A stretch of 64,000 nt of DNA from positions 4,208 through 68,207 of the forward strand of contig CALRBR010000002.1 of the NCBI GenBank assembly GCA_943354385.1. Reading direction: 5' to 3'. The notes under the pieces were generated by a model, which saw only the letters and a program-made list of their open reading frames with translations, did not search any database and was not told the DNA's origin. Source of the DNA: Candidatus Tayloriibacteriota bacterium. GTDB lineage: Bacteria; Patescibacteriota; Minisyncoccia; Phycocordibacterales; PALSA-1337. The translations under genes and the position numbers were made by a program. Below, one piece after another: positions 10,924 to 20,728 of the stretch. Within the stretch, counting starts at the first letter, position 1. Every line of letters starts with the position of its first letter.

Positions 10924-11008
10924 GGTTACTTCGCTTTATTGGCCTTGACCGAAGATAATACTTTGGTCTGCTCGATTTATATAGTCGCTTTGCTCCTTAT
11001 AAATCGGC
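10924..11008. repeat. family-2 ~85-bp hairpin repeat
   Basis: ggttacttcgctttattggccttgaccgaag...ctcgatttatatagtcgctttgctccttataaatcgg. Contains ccgaag/cttcgg-type hairpin. Confidence 0.7.
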
Positions 11009-11010
11009 AC

Positions 11011-11268
11011 CTACCTCACATCCTTCACCACCATTCCCACCACCTCCCTCTCGCAACGCTTTAAAATCTGCCCCTTTTTAATATAAACCTGACTTTTTTG
11101 GGATAAAGGAATCTTTAGGCTAATCACACCATTTTTATACTGAATCATTTCAACACCTACCACTACCCCACACTCCTCCGATACGATTTTTGATATCGTC
11201 TCCTTCGCAAAACGCTCCTTTAACCCAACATTTTTAAATTTTTCTAGGAAGGAAGCAATGTTGTACAT
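11011..11268 (-). CDS. small protein downstream of dnaN (DUF721-like, tentative)
   Basis: 85-aa ORF immediately 3' of dnaN in the same orientation. Position is typical of the DUF721 family. Similarity not verified. Confidence 0.3.
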   Translation of the reverse strand: MYNIASFLEKFKNVGLKERFAKETISKIVSEECGVVVGVEMIQYKNGVISLKIPLSQKSQVYIKKGQILKRCEREVVGMVVKDVR

Positions 11269-11382
11269 TTTTGTAGAAGTAAGACTTAAGATTAAATATT
11301 TAAGAATGGATACATGGGCATATTCTGAAGGCAGTTTTTGGTTCCCAACCTTGAATCTGGATTCTGGAATCTATATTCTACT

Positions 11383-12483
11383 TTACCGGTTCATCGGCAT
11401 CACTAAATACATAAATGTTTTATCAGAAACACCTCTAATCACAACAGGACGATTTATACCATTGAATTGTAGGCAAATGGCCTCTACATCGATTGATTGA
11501 AAACAATCCACAATATATTTATAGTTAAAGTTAATATCAACATCCTCTCCAGAAACTGTCGCAATCAGTCGACTAACATTCTCCCCCACCTCGTTACTTC
11601 GTGTTTTAAGCTCAAAAACCTTCTGTTCTGGTCTCACACTCACACTGATCTGATTAAACTTGTCTGAGAAGATTGTGGCGAGCTTGAGGCTATGTAGGAG
11701 GTCTTGTTTAAGTACTATCGCCTCGGTCTTTGTTTCCTTTGGAATAATTTGTTTGTAATCAGGAAAAATTCCATCAATAACTCGAGACACTAGATAAATT
11801 CCGTCTGCTGAAAAAGAGATTTGGTTTTTGCTCAAGTGTACTGTGGTACTATCCTTCATTCCTTCCAAAACACGAATGATTTCAGGGATATTTTTGAAAG
11901 GTATTAATATTTGACCAAAATCATTCTGCTTCTTTGTTTTAATTTTCTTCTCAGCAAGTCGAAATGAGTCTGTGGCAGCAAAAACCAACCCTTCGTCCTC
12001 TGAAGAAATAAGAATACTTGATAGTTCAGGTTTTATTCCAGAAACAGAAGAGCTGTACCAAACTGATTTTAATCCTTTCACAAAATCTCCCGGCACAATT
12101 TCAAATGATTTTTCTTTTGGTACCATGGGGATGGTTGGAAAATCCTCAGAAGACATCGATTTGATTGTGGTTGAGCCCATTGATGATGAGATCGAGAGGT
12201 TTCCGTCTACTACTTCAAGTTTTATATTTTTATCTCCCTGAATATTGTTTATAAACTGAGAAATGGTTTGACCAGGAACTGCCACCGCACCTTCCTTCTC
12301 TATTTTTACAGGGATATGTATTTCAATTCCCAAATCAAGATTGGTAGAGCGTATGGTGAGTGAATTATCTTTAGCCTCAAGAAGAATACACCCAAGAACA
12401 GGTAAGGTCAGGTTTTTTCCCGTGATGCGTTCTGCGTATATAAGTGAAGCTGACAATTTTTCTTTAAGACATTCTATTTTCAT
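11383..12483 (-). CDS. dnaN: DNA polymerase III beta sliding clamp
   Basis: 366 aa. Three-domain beta-clamp architecture. Directly downstream of dnaA. Confidence 0.9.
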   Translation of the reverse strand: MKIECLKEKLSASLIYAERITGKNLTLPVLGCILLEAKDNSLTIRSTNLDLGIEIHIPVKIEKEGAVAVPGQTISQFINNIQGDKNIKLEVVDGNLSISSSMGSTTIKSMSSEDFPTIPMVPKEKSFEIVPGDFVKGLKSVWYSSSVSGIKPELSSILISSEDEGLVFAATDSFRLAEKKIKTKKQNDFGQILIPFKNIPEIIRVLEGMKDSTTVHLSKNQISFSADGIYLVSRVIDGIFPDYKQIIPKETKTEAIVLKQDLLHSLKLATIFSDKFNQISVSVRPEQKVFELKTRSNEVGENVSRLIATVSGEDVDINFNYKYIVDCFQSIDVEAICLQFNGINRPVVIRGVSDKTFMYLVMPMNR

Positions 12484-12739
12484 ATATCCACAAGTGTTAC
12501 TCTTTATTATATATTAAATCTATTATTACTATTACTTCTGTGTATAAGTGTATAAGTCTCTAAAACCTTTGCCTACCAAGCTCAAACAGATTTTATGAAA
12601 CTATCTAAGTGTGGATAAAAAATGTCGGTGTGGATAACTTGGATTTTATTTTAAAAAGGTCATTTTTTATCCAGTTTTTATTCCTATGTTTTCCTGATAC
12701 TATCCCTCTATTCTTCCCCATCTTTTCCCCAGACTTATC
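12484..12739. promoter_or_regulatory. candidate oriC (DnaA-box cluster plus AT-rich unwinding element)
   Basis: Perfect TGTGGATAA (reverse complement of TTATCCACA) at 12610-12618 and 12629-12637. Near-consensus boxes at 12484-12494 and 12667-12674. AT-rich tract at 12500-12560. Located between dnaA and dnaN. Confidence 0.55.
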
Positions 12740-14113
12740 CTAAACTAACATTGTTCGAATCTCAGCAATCTCCTGGACCAGTAAATTATCACTCTTGAGC
12801 TCCTCTTTTATTTTTTCACAAGAGTGGATGACGGTGGTGTGGTCTCTTCCCCCTAGTTTTTCACCGATAGATGGGTAAGAGATATTGAAGTCTTCCCGAA
12901 GCAGAAACATAATCACCTGCCTAGGTTTCACCACTTCCTTTTTTCGGGTTTTATCATAAATACTGTTTTCTTCTATTTGATAAAAATTAGCGATTATTTT
13001 TATAACATCTTTCACCGCGACCATTTTCTTTGGTTTTATGCTGTTTTTAATGAGATTTTTTATCTCATTAAGGCCGAGCTCAAGCCCCTTGAGCTGAAAC
13101 TGACACACTATGGAGTTTAAAATACCCTCAAGCTCACGAATACTACCTTCTACTGAGGAGGCGAGGTATTCCAAGGCCTCTGGAGAGACCGGTATATTGT
13201 TTTGAAGCACCTTTGATCGCAAAATAGCTAGCCGAGATTCCATATCTGGGTTTGGAATATCAACAATCATACCAGCACCAAAACGAGACTTGAGGCGTTC
13301 CTCAAGGTTTGGGATAAAGTTCGGGTGTTTGTCTGACGAGAAGATGATTTGCTTGTTATTTTCGTAAAGGCTGTTGAATAGGTGAAAGATTTCCTCTTGG
13401 GACCTGTCTTTTCCAGCAAAAAATTGAATGTCGTCGACAATAAGGACATCATATTTTCGATATTTTTCTTTAAATTGATTTACTTTTTGACTGTTGACCG
13501 AAACCGCATTCATATACTCAATTACAAATTTTTCTGACGTGAGGTAGTAAACCTTTTTCCCTGGGTGGGCTAGCTTGATATGATTCCCTATCGCTTGGGT
13601 GAGGTGTGTTTTTCCAAGACCTGTGTTTCCGTAGACGAAGAATGGATTGTATGCAAAGCCGGGCTTTTTTACTACGGCTTGAGCGGCAGCGTGGGCGAGC
13701 TCATTGAACGGACCTACCACAAAAGATTCAAAGGTGTACTTTGGATTGAGGTTGTCCTCTTTGTTTATATAGAAGTCGTGGAGAGGTAGTTCGGTGTTGG
13801 ACTGCTGGGTAAAAGTTCGAGGAGCTTCTGAAGATTCTTTTTTCCTCCCCTCTTCCTTGGTGACTATGTATTCAAGAGCGCGTACCTGCTCACTAAAACT
13901 TCTAAGAATTTTTAGGATAGTGTTGTGGTATTTGTTATTAAGCCAGTCTTTTACAAACGCATTTGGGACACTAACAAAAACAATCCCTTCTTCTTGTTTG
14001 AGAATGTAGGTTCCTTTAAACCAAGTACTAAAGTTTGCCTTGGACACCGCTAGCTCCACTTCAACAAGTACATTTTCCCAGAGTTTAGAATTATCGACGA
14101 GAGTGTGAGGCAT
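12740..14113 (-). CDS. dnaA: chromosomal replication initiator DnaA
   Basis: Walker A GNTGLGKTHL, AAA+ sensor motifs, C-terminal DnaA-box-binding HTH. Start taken at MPHTLVDN (14113). The track ORF extends 28 codons further upstream. Confidence 0.9.
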   Translation of the reverse strand: MPHTLVDNSKLWENVLVEVELAVSKANFSTWFKGTYILKQEEGIVFVSVPNAFVKDWLNNKYHNTILKILRSFSEQVRALEYIVTKEEGRKKESSEAPRTFTQQSNTELPLHDFYINKEDNLNPKYTFESFVVGPFNELAHAAAQAVVKKPGFAYNPFFVYGNTGLGKTHLTQAIGNHIKLAHPGKKVYYLTSEKFVIEYMNAVSVNSQKVNQFKEKYRKYDVLIVDDIQFFAGKDRSQEEIFHLFNSLYENNKQIIFSSDKHPNFIPNLEERLKSRFGAGMIVDIPNPDMESRLAILRSKVLQNNIPVSPEALEYLASSVEGSIRELEGILNSIVCQFQLKGLELGLNEIKNLIKNSIKPKKMVAVKDVIKIIANFYQIEENSIYDKTRKKEVVKPRQVIMFLLREDFNISYPSIGEKLGGRDHTTVIHSCEKIKEELKSDNLLVQEIAEIRTMLV

Positions 14114-14355
14114 AAGTAAAAAAGATTTGTGTGTGCACTCTAGTATATACCTTCTGGAAAAATACTGAACTTGTGGAAAAGACACTTTTATGTGCATATG
14201 TTGGGGATATGCTGGGGATATCGAGCGATACTGGTCGCGAAGACGCTGAGCTCACCAGAGCATAGTGCAGGTCGATGGGAATCTGAGCGAAGCGAAGATA
14301 CGAACAATAATAAAATTAAAAATTTCGTAATTCATGGCCAGATACAAAACCATAA

Positions 14356-14439
14356 GGTTGCTTCGCTCTACTGGCCTTCACCGAGGGAAATACCTAGGTG
14401 CTCTCGATTTATATAGTCGATCCGCTCCCTATAAATCGG
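14356..14439. repeat. family-2 repeat (divergent copy)
   Basis: ggttgcttcgctctactggccttcaccgaggg...ctctcgatttatatagtcgatccgctccctataaatcgg. Confidence 0.6.
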
Positions 14440-14479
14440 GGGGTTGATTTTTTAGCCAAGATGGCGTATGCTATCCCCT

Positions 14480-14614
14480 ATGTCGTTTACATACAAACCA
14501 AAAAAGCGAAAGAGAGCGAGATCACACGGCTTTATAAAGCGCCGACGTACTACTGCGGGTAGAAAGGTGGTAAAGCGCCGACGAGCTAAGGGACGAACAC
14601 GATTGACGGTCTAA
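14480..14614 (+). CDS. rpmH: 50S ribosomal protein L34
   Basis: 44-aa [47 protein letters not shown] matches the L34 consensus. Immediately upstream of rnpA. Missed by the 60-aa ORF track. Confidence 0.85.
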   Translation: MSFTYKPKKRKRARSHGFIKRRRTTAGRKVVKRRRAKGRTRLTV

Positions 14615-14629
14615 TTTATAAATAAACTC

Positions 14630-14971
14630 ATGCTCCCTAGAGAAAGGAGAGTACATAAAGAAGAGTTTGGAGAGGTCTTGAAAAAAGGCCTTTCTTTTCA
14701 TTCTGCGCATATTTCCTTGAGAGGGATTAAGAAGGACGATGTCTCCCCTAGCAAGTTTTCTGTAGTGGTCTCAAAAAAGTTTGCTATGCTGGCAGTGGAT
14801 AGAAATCTGATTCGGAGACGAGCGATTGCTGTCATTGAAGCACATGTAACCGGTATGAAAAAAGGTATTTCAGCTATTTTTTCTTTTAAAACAGGTGCAT
14901 CTAAACTTTCATCCCAAGAGATAAAGACGGAGATAATCACTTTGCTCAAGCAGTCTGGACTAATTTCGTAA
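14630..14971 (+). CDS. rnpA: ribonuclease P protein component
   Basis: 113-aa basic protein in the canonical rpmH-rnpA-yidC arrangement. Confidence 0.75.
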   Translation: MLPRERRVHKEEFGEVLKKGLSFHSAHISLRGIKKDDVSPSKFSVVVSKKFAMLAVDRNLIRRRAIAVIEAHVTGMKKGISAIFSFKTGASKLSSQEIKTEIITLLKQSGLIS

Positions 14972-15105
14972 ATCCCTCGACTAACGTCTGCTGAGTCGAT
15001 CGTTTGTGATCGACACCTGTAGACGGCCTCTATGAAAGGAAGAACGTAACCCGAATTAATTCCTCCTTTTCTAAAGGAGGTGGTGAGTACTCGAGACGGA
15101 GGATT
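14970..15105. repeat. MITE/REP-like modular repeat (family 1), copy between rnpA and yidC
   Basis: Contains core gctgagtcgatcgtttgtgatcgacacctgtagacggcc and arm attcctccttttctaaaggagg...gagacggaggatttt. Confidence 0.7.
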
Positions 15106-15153
15106 TTATTATTTTGATTGATTACTCAGACTTAGTGCGCTAATATTACCCTT

Positions 15154-15894
15154 ATGTTCACTTTATATCACGAAATAGTTTATCAGCCATTATATAACGG
15201 TCTCATTTTCCTAATCGATGTAGTGCCTTGGGCAGATGCAGGTATTGCGGTGGTGATTTTGACAGTATTGGTAAAACTTATCCTCTTCCCTCTTTCTAAA
15301 AAAGCTATCGTCACTCAGGTGCGGATGAAAGCGCTTGAGCCAGAGCTTGCAAGTATTCGTGTAAAATATAAGGACGATAAGCAAACCCAGGCACAAAAGA
15401 CGATGGCTTTGTATAAGGACAAGAAGATCAATCCTTTTGCAGGTATTGTGGTGATTTTGATTCAGTTCCCTATCATTATCGGACTCTACTCTATCTTTTT
15501 GAAGTCTGGATTGCCGACCATTACTACCGACTTACTCTATTCGTTTGTCTCGACTCCAAGTGTTGTGAATATGCACTTTTTGACTTTGGTAGATATTGGT
15601 CAGAAAAGTCTCTGGCTCGCACTCATTGCAGCAGCAACGCAGTACTTTCAGATTAAATTTGCAATACCGACGATTACCCCTGCCACATCTACCGGAGCAA
15701 AGCCGACTTTCCAGGAGGACCTTGCTCGCAGTATGCAAGTACAGATGAAGTATGTGTTTCCTGTCATGGTTTTCTTTATTTCGTACAATATTCTCTCAGC
15801 AGTAGCGCTTTATTGGACAGTCAGTAACCTGTTTGCGATCGGTCAGGAGATTGTGGTGCGAAGGAAGTTTCACCTTGGGGAGAGTAATAAGTAG
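15154..15894 (+). CDS. yidC: membrane protein insertase YidC (short form)
   Basis: 246 aa with five predicted TM segments. Conserved YidC/Oxa1 core. Follows rnpA. Confidence 0.85.
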   Translation: MFTLYHEIVYQPLYNGLIFLIDVVPWADAGIAVVILTVLVKLILFPLSKKAIVTQVRMKALEPELASIRVKYKDDKQTQAQKTMALYKDKKINPFAGIVVILIQFPIIIGLYSIFLKSGLPTITTDLLYSFVSTPSVVNMHFLTLVDIGQKSLWLALIAAATQYFQIKFAIPTITPATSTGAKPTFQEDLARSMQVQMKYVFPVMVFFISYNILSAVALYWTVSNLFAIGQEIVVRRKFHLGESNK

Positions 15895-16067
15895 AAGTAG
15901 GATATATGGACAAAGACTCAACGGCCGACCCCACTGGGGTCGGCCGTTGAGTCTTTGTTATAGGTGGCATGTTTAGTAAGAACCGTTCTTGCAAAGATAG
16001 TAGTGAGGCTAGTCTGACTAGCCTCACTACTACGATAGTCCGACTATCATAAACCTGAATCAATCTT

Positions 16068-17336
16068 CTACCTCAGATCAAAACTCCACAGCGTCAGGTC
16101 AGCTTTGTTGATAAAGACCAGGAGGTCCTCCCTACCACTCAGCATGAGGTGGGTAATGTCGATATCTTGTCCGGAGAGATTTTTGAGGTCGGCTACCCAT
16201 TCAAATACTCCAGAGAGTGTATCTATTTTCCAAATCTCATCACTAAATAAAACCTTGCCTTGATACCAGGCGTCAGGGTATTTTCCGGCAGTGATTACGA
16301 GGGGTACCCCACAGTACAAGACGGTTTTTTCTTTTTTACTCCAAACACATTTTTCAGGCAAGGTGGTTAAGCCAGCGGGCTCCACCCTATTTTTCTTAGT
16401 GTCGTATACAAACAAAGCCAATCCATCTTCTGTGCTATTTGAAAATAAAACTTTAGAAGTGTCGGTGTTGGTGAGTGTGGTCAGGCCGTTTATTCCACCG
16501 AGAATTTTGGTGGTTGCATTAGTTAGTGTCGATACAAAATAAAGGAAGCCCGGACTATTTGAAAGCGCTTTGGTGGTAAAGGTCAAGGTATTTTCGGTAG
16601 GCCATTCAACAAGCCAGCTTTTGAGCGAAGAGTCGAAAATCTGCACCTTTTTTGAGCCGTCTGTTTTTGAAATAATTCCTACTACCCCGCCTGTAGTGTT
16701 TGAGGTGAGGTATGCCATACGGTCTTTTGCTGGAGATAGTACAAAGCCTTGAATATTTGAGCCTAGGAAACTCGGAGTGATTTTGCTCGAAAGAGATCCT
16801 TCGAGGGAAGTGCTAGAGGCCTGGAGTAGAGACGGACTGCTCATGGTTACCAAGAAGCTGTCTATGGTCTGGGCGTCGTCTTTTAGTTTTTGTACAATAA
16901 GAGCATTGTTTTTGTCTGTCCAAAACGCATCATAGATTTTTATCATTGGCGTGTTGGAAAGTTTGATGGCTTCAGTCCCCCCTACCTTGTTTTGATAGAT
17001 ATAACCTGTGCCTCGCTCAATATATCGAACTACAGTGCTACTACCACTGGTATATATGCCGGCACCAGCTACAGGGACAAGGGAGAGGTGTTGTAGGATC
17101 GGTCGGGTCGTTCCAGAAACAGGAGGCTTGTTGCCAGAACCCGTGCCTGTGGACGTGGTTCTATTCCCCCCACCAAATATGCCACTACCAAATGGAAATG
17201 GATTGCTGTCGCCATCCTCAACGGTATTTGTATCGACAATAGTAGAGGGTTTAATTGATAAAAAGAGGTACGCAATAGCTCCCCCAAAGAGGATGAGAAG
17301 AAAAGTGACTAAAATAATAAGGCTTTTTTTGGACAT
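16068..17336 (-). CDS. secreted beta-rich (propeller-like) protein, hypothetical
   Basis: 422 aa. N-terminal TM/signal anchor, Gly/Ser/Thr-rich linker, repeated beta-strand blocks. First gene of the co-oriented T4SS-like block. Confidence 0.5.
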   Translation of the reverse strand: MSKKSLIILVTFLLILFGGAIAYLFLSIKPSTIVDTNTVEDGDSNPFPFGSGIFGGGNRTTSTGTGSGNKPPVSGTTRPILQHLSLVPVAGAGIYTSGSSTVVRYIERGTGYIYQNKVGGTEAIKLSNTPMIKIYDAFWTDKNNALIVQKLKDDAQTIDSFLVTMSSPSLLQASSTSLEGSLSSKITPSFLGSNIQGFVLSPAKDRMAYLTSNTTGGVVGIISKTDGSKKVQIFDSSLKSWLVEWPTENTLTFTTKALSNSPGFLYFVSTLTNATTKILGGINGLTTLTNTDTSKVLFSNSTEDGLALFVYDTKKNRVEPAGLTTLPEKCVWSKKEKTVLYCGVPLVITAGKYPDAWYQGKVLFSDEIWKIDTLSGVFEWVADLKNLSGQDIDITHLMLSGREDLLVFINKADLTLWSFDLR

Positions 17337-17338
17337 GT

Positions 17339-18511
17339 CTATGGATTACTGCTAACTTGTGCGTTTGTTAACGCTCTTTCTCGGTCAAGTCCTTTTTGAT
17401 AGGCTTCGTCAATCTTTTTTATTCTTTCACTGGTGTATGCCCTTATCGCTTCTGCCTCAGCGGGGTATGTTTTTAAGAATTTATTATACACTTCGTTACT
17501 TCGTTTGCTGACATCTCTTTTGACATTCCTGATATTTTCCTCGAGCGCCTTTTGGTTGGTTGTTCCACCAGGAACATAAAATCTGGACGCGGCAGTAAGT
17601 GCTTTTTGAATGTCATACTCTTGATCAAGTTTTGTAAGGTCGATAGCTTTTTGGGTCTTGAGCAGGTCGATATTAGAGGTTATTTCCATTGCACCATCAG
17701 GTTCATCTGATTGTTCAATTTCTGATCGTTCTTTTTCTAACTTAAGAATTGCTTCGTTGTAGTTTCTTTCTGTGTTTCTTTTTCCACCGTCGATAATATT
17801 TTTAATTGTTTCCGCATCCTCTTTAGAGGTATCTTTTGAAAAAAACTGAAACACATCATTCTTTATACTTACACTTTCTGCCTTTGCAAGAACGCTGTCT
17901 CTTGCGACGTTGGTTTTACATTTTAACTTCGCGTTATTTGCGGCAACCTCATCTCCTGAGAGTCTTAAATCTTCTGCTTTTTTATTGCATTCGTCGAGCG
18001 CTGCTCTGACAGCGTCGAGCTTTCGATTATTTTCAAGGTATGGATCTACATACTGAATTCGCTTCGCCAATTCTTCTGTTTTTATAGGCTCCAATCCCCC
18101 GCTAAACTCTAGTAGCTGTGGGTTTATGGTATTTAAAATAAGGAAAGAGCCGAGGGCGAGGCCGAGTCCCCAGAGGGCACCCTCGATTTTTTCCTTTCCC
18201 TCGCTTTTTCCCCTGACAGCATCGGTACTCATATACTGGAATCCTCCCCAAATAATCATAAAGACTGCGAAGACACCCGCGAGACCGATACCAATCTTGA
18301 ACATTTCTTTGAGATATGTAGCGATATTTACGCTAGGCTTTGAAACACCACCCACCACCAGAGGCTCGAGGAGGCAGTATTCGTCTTTTGAAGATACACA
18401 CGGTGTTTTTTTCTCAGTAGCTGTTGAACCTGTTGTTTTGGAAACATCTACTTGTGCCTCTACATCTGTTGGAACAACAAAAAAAGCACTGATATAAAAC
18501 ATCACCATCGT
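17339..18511 (-). CDS. membrane protein with VirB2/TrbC-like double hydrophobic hairpin and long coiled-coil C-terminus
   Basis: Signal-like N-terminus, then two hydrophobic helices (IGIGLAGVFAVFMIIWGG / LWGLGLALGSFLIL) separated by a short charged loop, as in T4SS pilins, followed by ~250 aa of coiled coil. Start moved to M94: the upstream 93 codons of the track ORF are encoded by a MITE copy. Confidence 0.45.
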   Translation of the reverse strand, partial: TMVMFYISAFFVVPTDVEAQVDVSKTTGSTATEKKTPCVSSKDEYCLLEPLVVGGVSKPSVNIATYLKEMFKIGIGLAGVFAVFMIIWGGFQYMSTDAVRGKSEGKEKIEGALWGLGLALGSFLILNTINPQLLEFSGGLEPIKTEELAKRIQYVDPYLENNRKLDAVRAALDECNKKAEDLRLSGDEVAANNAKLKCKTNVARDSVLAKAESVSIKNDVFQFFSKDTSKEDAETIKNIIDGGKRNTERNYNEAILKLEKERSEIEQSDEPDGAMEITSNIDLLKTQKAIDLTKLDQEYDIQKALTAASRFYVPGGTTNQKALEENIRNVKRDVSKRSNEVYNKFLKTYPAEAEAIRAYTSERIKKIDEAYQKGLDRERALTNAQVSSNP

Positions 18512-18567
18512 AGCGAGTAGAGTGGATGCGAATACTTTTTTAAGAAAGAGGGTTTTAAGGTTGATAT

Positions 18568-18713
18568 TAATTCCTCCTTTTTTAAAGAAGGCCGTCCACA
18601 GGTGTCGATCACGAACGATCGACACGGCGAGTACTCGAAACGGAGGATTTTGAGCGATGAAAAAATCCCTCCTTCGCAGTAGCGAAGTGCTCCCTTTAGA
18701 AAAGGGAGAATAA
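18568..18713. repeat. family-1 MITE-like repeat
   Basis: Terminal inverted arms aattcctccttttttaaag ... ctttagaaaagggagaataatt. Internal hairpins gtcgatcacgaacgatcgac and ccttcgcagtagcgaagg (CAGTAG loop). Confidence 0.75.
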
Positions 18714-18796
18714 TTCCCGTACAGTCGACATAGAAAAGGGAGAATGGGGAGCGAGTCAGTAAAAAATTTTTTAAAAATAATGTTTTTCATCTTGTA

Positions 18797-19852
18797 TTAA
18801 AAGGCAACCTCTTTACTCTTGGCATCAAAAGATATTGAAAAGTCGTACCCTGCATTTTGGAGAATGTTCCTACTATTTTCTATTCCCACACTTACCCCCA
18901 CACTTCCAGCTTCGGCCTGACCACTCCTCCTTAGAGTGACACGATTTTTCTTTGCTACTCCACTGATATCAGCACCGTTCATGCTCCAGAGATAGTCAAG
19001 GTGTGTTACGGCCGGTGTTTTGCCTGAAAAATAGTATGGCACTGCCACAAAAGTCGCCTCGTCATTGGATAACGTAAATGTATCCAAAAGAGCTTTATTG
19101 TAAAGCACTCCATAGATAGGGTCATCCTGGTAGACCAAAATAGACGGTCTCTCTGGATCGAGCTCAAGATCGGCACTAGCACGAGTCCCGTCAGCCATAG
19201 ACGAAACCTCGACAGAAATCTCAGTCGCCTTTGGCAAGAGGGTTCCTAAAAAAGAAAAGCTGTCCTTACCATACCCTGAGTCACTTCCCTGCACCACTCC
19301 ATCCATACTCCACTTATATACGAGATTTTTAGCGCTCAATTTTTTGCCATTGACCCCCAGCAAATTTGGAATAGCGACCACGGTGACAAAGCCCTGATTG
19401 ACATAGGGTGACCGGCCTTTGTAAAAAGGCGGGGTGTAGCCACTGGTCTCCCAGACGAGGTCGACTTCTCCGGGACGGATGGGAATGTTTTTGCGAATCG
19501 TTCTACCCGAAACAGTAACGATGACAATATCGATAGATGAAGGGGTACCGAGAGACCCCGTGCGGAACTCAAACCGATTCAAACCAATCGCTTTTTGCAT
19601 TTGTTTACCATTTAAAAACCAGGCGATGGTAGCGCGGTCGAGATCGGTAGAATAATTTTTAACAGTAACACTGACGAGTGTATTTGGACCAGGGCGACTC
19701 GGTGACACTTCTATTTCCAAAGCATCGGGGATAGCGGTCATGAGCTGGGCGTGCAAAGGTGTAAGAGGAGTGCAAAACAAAACCCCAGCGAGTAAGGCAA
19801 ATCCAAAGATACAAAATTTTTGAGAAACGAAAGAATAGGAGTTTGACCGCAC
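18797..19852 (-). CDS. secreted hypothetical protein
   Basis: Signal peptide FVSQKFCIFGFALLAGVLFCTPLTPLHAQ. Start set at GTG 19852: no ATG precedes the signal peptide, and the upstream part of the track ORF is MITE-derived. Confidence 0.4.
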   Translation of the reverse strand: MRSNSYSFVSQKFCIFGFALLAGVLFCTPLTPLHAQLMTAIPDALEIEVSPSRPGPNTLVSVTVKNYSTDLDRATIAWFLNGKQMQKAIGLNRFEFRTGSLGTPSSIDIVIVTVSGRTIRKNIPIRPGEVDLVWETSGYTPPFYKGRSPYVNQGFVTVVAIPNLLGVNGKKLSAKNLVYKWSMDGVVQGSDSGYGKDSFSFLGTLLPKATEISVEVSSMADGTRASADLELDPERPSILVYQDDPIYGVLYNKALLDTFTLSNDEATFVAVPYYFSGKTPAVTHLDYLWSMNGADISGVAKKNRVTLRRSGQAEAGSVGVSVGIENSRNILQNAGYDFSISFDAKSKEVAF

Positions 19853-19853
19853 C

Positions 19854-19998
19854 AATTCCTCCTTTTTTAAAGTAGGCCGTCCACAAGTGTCGATCACAAA
19901 AGATCGACACGGCGAGTACTCCAGACGCAGGATTTTGAACGTTGAGAAAATCCCTCCTTCACAGTAGTGAAGTGCTCCCTTTAAAAAAGGGAGAATAA
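19854..19998. repeat. family-1 MITE-like repeat
   Basis: Same architecture. Hairpin ccttcacagtagtgaagg. Confidence 0.75.
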
Positions 19999-20042
19999 GA
20001 AAAATTCTTTGAGAAAGTTTCCATTTCATTGCATATATTTTA

Positions 20043-20549
20043 TCATACCCGTGGTCGGATGTCTTGCATCGATCTCTCGGGTGGCTGTGGAGAATTAATC
20101 GGCATGTTTGTATCTGGAGAAGATGTGTCATTTGGTAATGGAGGTGGACCAGATCTGGGGCTGTTTTGTGCTGGACCTTCTTGACCTTCTTGTCCTTTTG
20201 CATTGGCTTCAGCTACCATTTTACCTCCAGGGACTTTCGCTAGGGCCTCCTCCGCCTTGACGGTGCTCCAGGTAAAGAGTATATCCGCAGTCCACAGTGG
20301 GAGTGCATCTACACCTGGAATCATTTCACCCACAAAAGCGCCAAGCATTGCCAGCATTCTTTTTGGGTTCGCGAGTTTGACACCCTGGGTTCGCAAGAAG
20401 AGTGGAAGCCCGACCCCAATAGCGATGTCTATAAAACGATTAACCACAACCCCAATAGCAAAAAAATCAAGGACAATCTGTAGAATGTCTATTATTACAA
20501 ATAGACCAACGAGCAGTCTCCACCTAGTTTTAGTAAGTCTACAAGCCAT
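20043..20549 (-). CDS. small polytopic membrane protein with Pro-rich tail (pilin/VirB2-like candidate)
   Basis: 168 aa. Two to three TM helices followed by a disordered P/Q/G-rich C-terminus. Confidence 0.4.
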   Translation of the reverse strand: MACRLTKTRWRLLVGLFVIIDILQIVLDFFAIGVVVNRFIDIAIGVGLPLFLRTQGVKLANPKRMLAMLGAFVGEMIPGVDALPLWTADILFTWSTVKAEEALAKVPGGKMVAEANAKGQEGQEGPAQNSPRSGPPPLPNDTSSPDTNMPINSPQPPERSMQDIRPRV

Positions 20550-20578
20550 TTGGGAAGTTTAAAGTTTAAGGATTTTGA

Positions 20579-20724
20579 GTTATTCTCCCTTTGTAAAGGC
20601 CGTCTACAGGTGTCGATCTCGAACGATCGACTCAGCAGACCAGCAGGCTGAGGATTTAGGAGATTCGGGTTTCAAATCCCTCCTTCACAGTAGTGAAGTG
20701 CTCCCTTTAAAAAAGGGAGAATAA
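20579..20724. repeat. family-1 MITE-like repeat
   Basis: Same architecture. Precedes the virB4-like ATPase gene. Confidence 0.75.
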
Positions 20725-20728
20725 CCCA

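Noticed and set aside
14461-14520. ATG at 14461 as start of a small ORF ([33 protein letters not shown])
   Set aside because: A different frame from the same region gives a perfect ribosomal protein L34 (14480-14614). The 14461 frame has no homology.
18512-18790. N-terminal 93 codons of track ORF 17339-18790
   Set aside because: Encoded by a family-1 MITE copy (...RDRHLWTAFFKKGG... recurs in other repeat translations). True start placed after the repeat at M94.
19853-20203. N-terminal extension of track ORF 18797-20203, and ORFs 19659-19910 and 23281-23541
   Set aside because: These are translations of MITE copies (ILRLEY..SFVIDTCGRP..KKGG motif shared) and overlap the independent membrane-protein gene 20043-20549.
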